In this document: positions 40,153-48,273 of the stretch, in pieces
How the letters are laid out: the number at the start of each line of letters is the position of its first letter
How positions within the stretch are numbered: the stretch's first letter is position 1
Assembly (NCBI GenBank): GCA_963790795.1
Contig: CAWBPO010000002.1
Span: forward strand, 1-51,553
Origin: an uncultured bacterium
GTDB taxonomy: Bacteria > Patescibacteriota > Minisyncoccia > Minisyncoccales > RBG-13-42-11
Direction: 5' to 3'
Length of the DNA: 51,553 nt
Notes under the pieces: generated by a model
What the model was told of the DNA's origin: nothing
The model's database searches: none
What the model saw: the letters and a program-made list of their open reading frames with translations, nothing else
Position numbers and translations under genes: made by a program

Positions 40153-40995
40153 TTAGCTGAATTCCAGAACTATACCTGTTGCTTCATCAGGCTTTTTTCC
40201 ATTCGTCCTCTTTTTGATTAGCATCTCTTCAAGAGTCAATCCCTTATCTTGATAGTCGTTAATCAGTCTTTTTGCTAGTCCAGGCAGCCTTTCAGGAGAA
40301 GTCTCTTCATAAGGGAAAAAACCGTCAGAACAGAGAATAATAATTTCAAGGTTTTCAATGGGAAGCGAAAAGGAATTCCAGTATTTTTCCAGAATCGGCT
40401 GGCCGTTTAAAACATAGTAGCTGTCTTTTGATTGGGGATTGTTAATATCTTGCTGCCGGAGTTTGGCAAGTATGGGCGCGAATTCCGTCCACATTTCTTC
40501 CTCGTTGTTGCCGTTTCTTCGAAGAATTTCCTCCCGGATTTCCATGGTTTTCTTTTCATGACTGTAAACGGGATTGGGAGTATAACCAATTTTCCCTGAT
40601 CGATAGCGCCAGAATATCAGACAGTCGCCAAACTGCAAGAAATTCAGTACATTTTCTTTGACCTTTGCGATGGCGAAGCAGGCTCCTGGAATGCGGCCGG
40701 CATTTTCTAGGGGTAACCCGTGAGCTTTGATGGTTTTTCCGACTACTATATTTATGATAGAAGTATAGGACTCTAGAGAGATATTAGCTTTTGCTTTTTG
40801 GAAAACTTCCACTGCCGTGGCAGCGATCATTTCCCCGCCGGTCCTGCCGTCAAAAAGCATCGGCGGTTCCCTGTGTGAATGAGGTGCGCTTAAAGCGTCA
40901 ATCGCTCCGTAAAAAGGATATTTCATGATGATGGCATCTTCTTCTCGCTTATGTCTTCCGTGGTCACAAACTCCAATAGCTCTTCTAAAAGCCAT
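40153..40995 (-). CDS. PP2C-like phosphatase-fold protein
   Basis: EDA, AIDA, QFGDC, VLNG, ILCSDGF, DEATGI. Confidence 0.7.
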   Translation of the reverse strand: MAFRRAIGVCDHGRHKREEDAIIMKYPFYGAIDALSAPHSHREPPMLFDGRTGGEMIAATAVEVFQKAKANISLESYTSIINIVVGKTIKAHGLPLENAGRIPGACFAIAKVKENVLNFLQFGDCLIFWRYRSGKIGYTPNPVYSHEKKTMEIREEILRRNGNNEEEMWTEFAPILAKLRQQDINNPQSKDSYYVLNGQPILEKYWNSFSLPIENLEIIILCSDGFFPYEETSPERLPGLAKRLINDYQDKGLTLEEMLIKKRTNGKKPDEATGIVLEFS

Positions 40996-41139
40996 TTCTT
41001 TGCTCCTTTACTCTTATTTCGGAAAGATTCTGATGTTAAAGGGCTGTTTTTCCCTCCGATTGAAATTATCATAACTAAATTGATATTTTTTGTCAAATAT
41101 TGATTCTTTGTCTGGAATTGAGTAAAATTAAGATATTGT

Positions 41140-41967
41140 ATGGATAAAACAAAAGAGAACAATATTGAAGAGCTGGAGGAGTTGTCCAAAGAAACCAGAA
41201 AGGAAATTCTGGAAATGATTTATCGCACAAAAAGTCCTCATATCGGCTGTTCTTTTTCAATGGTTGAATTATTGGTTTCTTTGTATTTCAGAATTCTTAA
41301 TATTAATTCTGACAATCCAGCAGATAAGAATCGTGATAGGTTTGTTTTGAGCAAGGGTCACGGCTGTCCTGCTTTATATGCTGTTTTGATTAAAAAAGGG
41401 ATTATTGATAAAGAATTTTTAGAAGGATTTGCCAAAGAAAACGGAACTTTGGAACAGCATCCTACGCGCAACCCGAATATCGGAATTGAGATTACCAGCG
41501 GTTCTTTGGGCCATGGGTTGTCAATCGGCGTTGGTATGGCATTGGCTGCAAAATATGACAATGCTCCTTGGCGAGTTTTTGTTTTTTTGGGAGACGGCGA
41601 GCTTAACGAAGGTTCAAACTGGGAAGCGATGATGTTTGCTAAGCAGCATAATTTGGATAATTTAGTGGCTATTGTTGACCACAACAAGCTTCAAGCCATG
41701 GAAAAAAGCTCGGAAATCATTAATCTCGAGCCTTTAAAGGCAAAATGGGAAGCATTCGGCTGGAATATCAAAGAAGTTAACGGACACAATGTTGAAGAAA
41801 TTGTTTCTGTTTTGAAAAATATTCCTTTTGAAAAAGGAAAGCCCTCTTGCCTTGTTGCTCATACGATAAAGGGCAAGGGAGTTTCCTTTATGGAAAACGA
41901 GCCTCGATGGCACGATAAGTATCCTGACGACGAAGAATATCAAAAAGCTTTAAATGAATTAAAATGA
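41140..41967 (+). CDS. Transketolase, N-terminal (TPP-binding) subunit
   Basis: RDRFVLSKGH, SGSLGHG, GDGELNEGSNWEA, HTIKGKG. Confidence 0.92.
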   Translation: MDKTKENNIEELEELSKETRKEILEMIYRTKSPHIGCSFSMVELLVSLYFRILNINSDNPADKNRDRFVLSKGHGCPALYAVLIKKGIIDKEFLEGFAKENGTLEQHPTRNPNIGIEITSGSLGHGLSIGVGMALAAKYDNAPWRVFVFLGDGELNEGSNWEAMMFAKQHNLDNLVAIVDHNKLQAMEKSSEIINLEPLKAKWEAFGWNIKEVNGHNVEEIVSVLKNIPFEKGKPSCLVAHTIKGKGVSFMENEPRWHDKYPDDEEYQKALNELK

Positions 41968-42893
41968 GGAAAATTTTCTTTCAAACTTTGGAAGAATACG
42001 CAAAAAAAGACAAAAGCATTTTTATACTGGCCGCTGATTTAGGAGTGAAATTCTTCCAAAACTTCAAAAACATTGATCCTAAAAGATTTTTAAATGTCGG
42101 CGTAGCAGAAGCCAATATGATAGATATTGCCGCTGGCCTTGCCATGTCCGGCAAAAATGTTTATTGCTATTCAATTACTCCTTTCTTGATAGATAAAACT
42201 TTAGAACAGATTAAAATTGATTTGTGCTATAACAAGCTGAACGTTAAATTATTGGGAGCAGGTTCAGGTTTCATTTACGGAGCTGAGGGAGTGACTCACC
42301 ATGCTTTGGAAGATTTGGCTGTGATGCGTTCTCTGCCCAACATGACCGTTGTTGCGCCGGGAGATGCTTTAGAAGCTGAAGCTTTAGCTAAAGCTTCAAT
42401 TGATTTTCAAGGACCCCTTTTTGTCCGTTTTGGCCGCGATATTGATCCTGTTGTCCATGAAAAAGGTTTTCATTTTGAAATAGGAAAGGGGATTGTTGTT
42501 AAAGAAGGAAAAGATATTTGCTTAATTGCCATTGGCACCATGCTTTATCCTAGCAAGCTGGTTTGCGAAATTTTAGAGAAACAAGGATTGAATCCGACTT
42601 TAATTAGTTTGCACACCTTAAAGCCTTTGGATAAAAAACTGATTGAAGATTGCGCCAGGAACTATAAAGCCGTATTTACCATTGAAGAGCACAATATCAT
42701 CGGCGGATTGGGCTCGGCAGTGGCTGAAGTTCTGGCTGAAACAAAGTATTCTGGGGTTTTTCGTCGTTTGGGCATTCCGGACAAGTTTTCAGCTGATTTT
42801 GGAATTGGCGGCCCAAATTATTTATTGGAAAAGATTGGTTTGACGCCGGAGAAGATAAGCGAAGTTGTTTTAAATGAAATTAAAAAAATATGA
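41964..42893 (+). CDS. Transketolase, C-terminal subunit
   Basis: ADLG, NVGVAEANM, GVTHHALED, TIEEHNIIGGLGS. Confidence 0.92.
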   Translation: MRKIFFQTLEEYAKKDKSIFILAADLGVKFFQNFKNIDPKRFLNVGVAEANMIDIAAGLAMSGKNVYCYSITPFLIDKTLEQIKIDLCYNKLNVKLLGAGSGFIYGAEGVTHHALEDLAVMRSLPNMTVVAPGDALEAEALAKASIDFQGPLFVRFGRDIDPVVHEKGFHFEIGKGIVVKEGKDICLIAIGTMLYPSKLVCEILEKQGLNPTLISLHTLKPLDKKLIEDCARNYKAVFTIEEHNIIGGLGSAVAEVLAETKYSGVFRRLGIPDKFSADFGIGGPNYLLEKIGLTPEKISEVVLNEIKKI

Positions 42894-43996
42894 AACTTGA
42901 GGTTCCTTTCGTAAATTATAAATTGCAATATCAGAATTTGAAGAAAGAAGTAGACAATGTGATCCAAGGCGTTCTGAGCAGGGGAGATTTGATTTTAAGG
43001 CAGGATGTCGAAGAGTTTGAAAAGAATTTAGCTTCGGTTGCCGGCACTAAATACGCAGTGGGTCTGAATTCTGGTACAGATGCCTTAATTTTGTCTTTAA
43101 GGGCAGTTGGCATTGGTCCGGGAGACGAGGTGATAACAGTTTCCCACACTTTTTTGGCTTCAATCGCCGCTGTTGTTCACGTTGGAGCCAAGCCGGTTTT
43201 AATAGAAGTAAAAGAAGATTTTACGATTGACGTTGAGCAGATAGAAAAGGCTTTAACAGAGAGAACAAAAGCCATAATACCCGTTCATCTGAACGGCAGA
43301 GTTTGCCAGATGGATAAATTAATGGACATTGCCAGAAAGAACAATTTAATTGTCATTGAAGACGCTGCCCAGGCCTTACAAGCTGAATTTAAAGGCAAAA
43401 AAGCAGGGTCTTTTGGTAAGACAGGCTGTTTCAGTTTTTATCCGGCAAAGATTCTTGGGGCTTACGGCGATGCTGGCGGAGTGACCACCGACGACGAGGA
43501 GATTGCAGAAAAGATAAGGCTTTTCAGAGATCACGGGCAAAAAACAAAAACTGAAATTGTTTGTTATGGATGGAATTCAAGACTGGATAATATTCAAGCA
43601 GCTGTTCTTAATCTTAAATTCAAATATTTGCCAGAATGGATAAAAAGGCGAAGAGAGGTTGCTGCAATTTATAGTAATGGTTTGAGCGGCGTTTCTGGAG
43701 TGGAACTCCCTCCTGCTCTTGATTCTGACGATAAACATTTTGACGTTTTCCAGAATTACGTTTTAAAAACGCAAAAAAGAGACGAACTTTTTAATTTTTT
43801 GAAGGGAAAAGGAGTGGAAACTTTGATTAAAGACCCGATTGCCAACCATCTTCATCAGAATTTGGGACTTTCTCATTTTAAGCTTCCTTACACGGAAAAA
43901 CTGGCAAAAGAAGTTATTTCTTTACCTCTTTATCCTGAATTAACCCAGGAGCAAATAGAATACGTTATTGAATGCGTCAGAAATTTTTATGAATGA
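42890..43996 (+). CDS. DegT/DnrJ/EryC1/StrS sugar aminotransferase
   Basis: NSGTDAL, GDEVI, IEDAAQA, SFYPAKILGAYGDAG. Confidence 0.92.
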   Translation: MKLEVPFVNYKLQYQNLKKEVDNVIQGVLSRGDLILRQDVEEFEKNLASVAGTKYAVGLNSGTDALILSLRAVGIGPGDEVITVSHTFLASIAAVVHVGAKPVLIEVKEDFTIDVEQIEKALTERTKAIIPVHLNGRVCQMDKLMDIARKNNLIVIEDAAQALQAEFKGKKAGSFGKTGCFSFYPAKILGAYGDAGGVTTDDEEIAEKIRLFRDHGQKTKTEIVCYGWNSRLDNIQAAVLNLKFKYLPEWIKRRREVAAIYSNGLSGVSGVELPPALDSDDKHFDVFQNYVLKTQKRDELFNFLKGKGVETLIKDPIANHLHQNLGLSHFKLPYTEKLAKEVISLPLYPELTQEQIEYVIECVRNFYE

Positions 43997-45860
43997 TTTT
44001 TTCAAAAAAATCTTATTTGAGAAAAGGCCGTTTGCCAAGCTGTTTTTCTTTTCTTTTACTGACGGACTCTTAATTGTTGTTTCTGTTCTTTTGGCCTTTC
44101 TTGTCCGTTTTGAAGGATATATTCCAGCCCGCTATCTTTTGAATATTGAAGGGATAATAATTTTAGCTCTATCAATTACCCTTCTCATTTTCTATCTTTT
44201 CAAACTTTATTATTTCACCTGGTCGTACGTCAGCGCCGAAGAAATGATTGCTTTGGTCAAGGCCGTATTTTTAAGCTTTCTTATTTTAACCGCCACCTTT
44301 TTCGTTTTAAGAGACCATCCGATTTTCAGCGGTTTTCCCCGTTCCACTCTTTTTATCACTTATTTCTTTGTTTTTGTGCTTTGTGGCGGCTTTCGTTTCA
44401 GCAAAAGAGTTTTTTTGCAGGTTTTTCCCTCTAAAAAACAAAAAGAGAAAGAAAGAACTTTGATTGTTGGCGCTGGAGATGCTGGCGAACAGCTCTTAAG
44501 AAGCATATCAGTTTTTTCTTCCAGTCCTTACTTGCCTGTTGGTTTTGTTGACGATAGTCCGGCAAAACTGGGAGTTTTAATTCATGGCTTGAAGGTTTTT
44601 GGCGCGATTAAAGACATTCCCAAGATTGTCAGGGAAAACAGAGTTGAAGGCTTAATTATTGCCATGCCTTCTGCCGATTCGCAGATCATACAGGAAGCAG
44701 TTGAAAAAGGCAGGGAAGCAGGCTTAAGAAAGATAAAAATAGTCCCGCCGATAGAAGAATTGATTTCTGGCAGAGTAAGCATCGGCCAGCTTCGCGAAGT
44801 GGAAATGAGCGATTTGCTGGATAGGGAACAGGTTTCTTCCGAGCAAAAACCAATTGAGAATTTTATCAAAAATAAGACAGTTTTGGTTACAGGTGCTGCC
44901 GGCTCCATTGGTTCTGAACTTTGTCGGCAAATAGCCAAATTCAGGCCTTTGTCTTTAATTTTATTAGACCAGGATGAAACAGGCATTTTTAATATTTCCG
45001 AAGAATTGGAAGATACTTTTCCAAAACTGAAAAAATCCTCTTTAATAGCTGATATTAGAGACGAAGAAAAGATTGAGCGCGTTTTCAAGGAGTTTCGTCC
45101 CAATATTGTTTTTCATGCTGCTGCTTACAAGCACGTGCCTTTGATGGAAGAAAATCCAGACGAAGCTGTTAAGAACAATGTTTTTGGCACGAAAATCGTT
45201 GCTGAAACTTCAATAAGAAACGGCGTAGAAAATTTTATTTTCATTAGTACTGATAAAGCGGTAAATCCAAGTTCAGTAATGGGAGCGACCAAAAGAATGG
45301 GAGAAATGATTTGCCAGGTTTTCAGCCAGAGAAACTCAACCAGCTTTATTTCAGTCAGATTTGGCAATGTTTTGGACAGCCGGGGAAGCGTCATTCCGAT
45401 TTTTAGAGAGAAAATCAAGAAAAGAGAGCAAATAGAAGTTACTCATCCTGATATGACCAGATTCTTTATGACCACTCCTGAAGCCTGCCTTTTGGTTATG
45501 AGGGCAGGAGCAATGGGCCGAGACGGAGAGGTTTTTATTTTAGATATGGGCGATGCCGTTAAAATAGTGGATTTGGCGAAAAAAATGATTTTTCTTTCAG
45601 GGTTGAAGCCGGATGTGGACATCCCCATTGTTTTTACCAAACCCAGGCCAGGAGAAAAGCTGTTTGAAGAGATTCTGACAGCCGAAGAAGGAACGGTTGC
45701 CACCCAGAGCCAAAAGATTTTCATGGCAAAATTATCTGTGATTAACAAAGAAAAAATGGATGCTAAGTTGTCAGAATTAAAAAAAGCAGCTGAAAGCGGA
45801 GACAAGCAAACGACAATAAAGATATTGAAAGAAGTCACTGATTATGGCAGACAAAAATAG
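43989..45860 (+). CDS. capD: Membrane-bound UDP-GlcNAc 4,6-dehydratase (PglF/CapD/WbpM type)
   Basis: 4 TM helices, IVGAGDAG, TGAAGSIGSELCRQ, HAAAYKHVP, STDKAVNP, RFGNVLDSRGSV. Confidence 0.9.
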   Translation: MNDFFKKILFEKRPFAKLFFFSFTDGLLIVVSVLLAFLVRFEGYIPARYLLNIEGIIILALSITLLIFYLFKLYYFTWSYVSAEEMIALVKAVFLSFLILTATFFVLRDHPIFSGFPRSTLFITYFFVFVLCGGFRFSKRVFLQVFPSKKQKEKERTLIVGAGDAGEQLLRSISVFSSSPYLPVGFVDDSPAKLGVLIHGLKVFGAIKDIPKIVRENRVEGLIIAMPSADSQIIQEAVEKGREAGLRKIKIVPPIEELISGRVSIGQLREVEMSDLLDREQVSSEQKPIENFIKNKTVLVTGAAGSIGSELCRQIAKFRPLSLILLDQDETGIFNISEELEDTFPKLKKSSLIADIRDEEKIERVFKEFRPNIVFHAAAYKHVPLMEENPDEAVKNNVFGTKIVAETSIRNGVENFIFISTDKAVNPSSVMGATKRMGEMICQVFSQRNSTSFISVRFGNVLDSRGSVIPIFREKIKKREQIEVTHPDMTRFFMTTPEACLLVMRAGAMGRDGEVFILDMGDAVKIVDLAKKMIFLSGLKPDVDIPIVFTKPRPGEKLFEEILTAEEGTVATQSQKIFMAKLSVINKEKMDAKLSELKKAAESGDKQTTIKILKEVTDYGRQK

Positions 45861-48024
45861 CTTGGAAAAGATATATTTTAAAATAATTGAATGGGGGACT
45901 TATCTTGTTCTTTTTACCCCTTTTATTTTTATAAATGATTATTTTTTTCCTTTTGTCGTTCCTAAAACAATTTTTTTCAGAATTATTGTTGATGTTATCT
46001 TTATTGCTTTTATTCTTTTGGCGACTGTCAACGCTAAGTATAGGCCGAGAATTACTCCTTTGACTGTGGCTGTTTTTATTTTTTTGGCAGTACTTGTTTT
46101 AACTTCCATTACCGGTGTAAATTTTACAAGGAGTTTTTGGAGCGTTTTTGAAAGAATGGAAGGTTTATTAACCTTTTTTCATCTTTTTGCTTTTTACATC
46201 GTTTTAACCAGCGTTTTTAAAGAGAAAAAATATTGGGAAAGAATTTTGTCCGTTTCAATCTTAGTCGGAATTTTCATTGCTTTTAACGCCTTGACTTCAA
46301 CAAACCCGGCCACCCGAGGAGGAGGAACGCTTGGCAATTCTTCTTTTTTTTCAGCTTACATTCTTTTCAATCTGTTTTTTGCCATAATCTTTCTTGTTAC
46401 TAAGAAAGGAGTTTGGCGGTTTTTTTACGCTGCCGCCTTCATTGTTTTTATCTGTTCTTTGTTTTTTAATCCTGGCGGCTTTACCAAAGGGGCTGTTACC
46501 GCTTTCATTATGGGATTGCTTGTTTTGTTTTTTGGTTTTCTGCTGTTTGTTTTATTTTCGTCCGACCAGAAAAAGCTTAAAATCATTGTTCTTTCTTTGA
46601 TGATTTTATTCGTCTTGGCAGCGTTTGGTTTTTCCCAGCTTGATTTTGTTAAGGAAAAAATGGATAAATTGTGGCAGTCAAACAGCGTTCAAGCAAGATT
46701 GGTAGTTTGGAATATTGGCTGGCATGGCTGGCAGGAAAGATTTTGGTTTGGCTGGGGCTTGGAGAATTTCAATGTTCCTTTTGCCAAGCATTATAATCCT
46801 GAACTTCCTCTTTCCGGCGACATTTGGTACGATAGGGTCCATAATATTGTTCTGGATACGGGAATTAACTCTGGAATTATCGGGTTATTAAGCTATTTGT
46901 CTGTTTTCGGCGTTGCTATTTTCGGTTTATTAAGGCTTTTGCCGAGAATAAGCGAGAAAAAGAACATTATTGTTCCTTTGGCTATGGTTGCCTTGTTTTT
47001 GGTTTATTTTTTTCAGAATCTTTTTGTCTTTGATATGATTTCCACCCATATGATGTTTTTCTTAAGTTTGGCTTTTGCCGGCTTTCTGATTTCTTCAGAT
47101 AAAGAAGAAGTTAAAGAGAAAATTTTTCCTTTGCCTTCTTTTACTGCCGGCTTTTTAATAATTCTAACTGTCTTTGTTCTTTTTTTCGGAAACATCCAGG
47201 TTGCCAAAGCTTCAAAGTTTTTACTCAAAGGAATAATTTCTCCTTTAGATCAGTCCATTTCCTATTTCCAAAAAGCCTTTAAAGCTTCGCCAATGGTGCA
47301 GTTTGAAGGTTCTGAGCAGTTTTTTTCAAGAATGAGCACATTGTCTTCCCAGGCCGACCAGAATAAAGAATTGTTAAACCAGGGATTCATTTTGGCTGAG
47401 GAAGAGCTTGAAAAAAGCATTACTCAGAATCCTTTGGATTTTCGCCTTTATTTGTCTTTAGGAAGGTATTACAATAATTTTTATCAGTTTTCCGCCGATA
47501 AGGAAAAACTGACATTGGCTGAAAAAACTTTGAATAAGGCAATTGAATTAAGCCCGGGAAACCAGCAAGCCTATTTTGTTCTGGCCCAGACTTTCCTTTT
47601 TGAGGGCGATTACGAAAAGGCCATTGAAGCTTGTAAGAAAACGGTTGAACTTGAACCGAACCTGGCCCAGTCGCATTGGTATTTAATGAAAGTTTACAAG
47701 GCAGCAGGGGAATACGAGCTGGCTTTTTATGAATTAAAGGAAGTGGAGGGCTTGGGATTCAGCTGGCAGGGCGATGCTTCCACCTTAAAAGAAGGTATAG
47801 AGGTTCTTAAGGCAGTTGGCGTGGATATCAAGATTATAATTGCTCTTTATGAAAAAGGGGCAGAAATTAGTCCTAAAGATTACTATTTTTGGGCAAATTT
47901 GGCTGATAGTTATGCGGCAGTAGGGGAAAAAGAAAAAGCGAAAAATGCGGTAGAAAAGCTTTTGGAGTTGAAACCAGAACTTTCTCCCCAGGTTGAACAG
48001 TTTCTAAAAGAGTTGGGCTATTAA
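45844..48024 (+). CDS. O-antigen ligase/O-OTase family protein with TPRs, paralog 2
   Basis: SFWS.FERMEG, GTLGN, ARLVVW, FGWGLENF, YDRVHN; TPR tail. Confidence 0.88.
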   Translation: MADKNSLEKIYFKIIEWGTYLVLFTPFIFINDYFFPFVVPKTIFFRIIVDVIFIAFILLATVNAKYRPRITPLTVAVFIFLAVLVLTSITGVNFTRSFWSVFERMEGLLTFFHLFAFYIVLTSVFKEKKYWERILSVSILVGIFIAFNALTSTNPATRGGGTLGNSSFFSAYILFNLFFAIIFLVTKKGVWRFFYAAAFIVFICSLFFNPGGFTKGAVTAFIMGLLVLFFGFLLFVLFSSDQKKLKIIVLSLMILFVLAAFGFSQLDFVKEKMDKLWQSNSVQARLVVWNIGWHGWQERFWFGWGLENFNVPFAKHYNPELPLSGDIWYDRVHNIVLDTGINSGIIGLLSYLSVFGVAIFGLLRLLPRISEKKNIIVPLAMVALFLVYFFQNLFVFDMISTHMMFFLSLAFAGFLISSDKEEVKEKIFPLPSFTAGFLIILTVFVLFFGNIQVAKASKFLLKGIISPLDQSISYFQKAFKASPMVQFEGSEQFFSRMSTLSSQADQNKELLNQGFILAEEELEKSITQNPLDFRLYLSLGRYYNNFYQFSADKEKLTLAEKTLNKAIELSPGNQQAYFVLAQTFLFEGDYEKAIEACKKTVELEPNLAQSHWYLMKVYKAAGEYELAFYELKEVEGLGFSWQGDASTLKEGIEVLKAVGVDIKIIIALYEKGAEISPKDYYFWANLADSYAAVGEKEKAKNAVEKLLELKPELSPQVEQFLKELGY

Positions 48025-48034
48025 GCTTTAAGCA

Positions 48035-48063
48035 TTGACAATTTTTACGCTATTTGCTATCAT
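48035..48063 (+). promoter_or_regulatory. Sigma70 promoter TTGACA-N17-TATCAT (with TG extension)
   Basis: Near-consensus; no ORF follows before a terminator. Confidence 0.75.
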
Positions 48064-48069
48064 TGAATC

Positions 48070-48136
48070 AGTGAGTGCGACCCGAAAGGGCTCCATTCAA
48101 AAGTCGGCGAAAAACCTCCCTTAAGCGAGGTTTTTT
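48070..48136 (+). ncRNA. Candidate ~67-nt small RNA (RNA1)
   Basis: Promoter upstream; CCC-GAAA-GGG tetraloop hairpin in a GAG/CTC stem; terminator aaaacctc/gaggtttttt. Confidence 0.55.
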
Positions 48137-48143
48137 GCTTTTT

Positions 48144-48236
48144 AAAATTCAAAAACCCAAATGTTTTTTGGGTTCTTGAAAGGGCCAACGAGTTTACTCC
48201 AAAACAAAGTCTTTAGTGAGTGCTGTCCGTTGGCCC
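48144..48236 (-). ncRNA. Candidate ~90-nt small RNA (RNA2), convergent with RNA1
   Basis: Minus-strand TTGTAT-N17-TAAAAT with TG extension; GGGCCAACG/CGTTGGCCC 9-bp closing stem; downstream hairpin 48148-48180 with a G-U pair only on the minus strand. Confidence 0.5.
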
Positions 48237-48273
48237 GATGTTATTTTAGCAATTTTTCTGTTAGAATACAAAA

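Noticed and set aside
48070..48236. tRNA, tmRNA or SRP RNA
   Set aside because: No T-loop/CCA cloverleaf, tag reading frame or SRP domain IV motif recognisable
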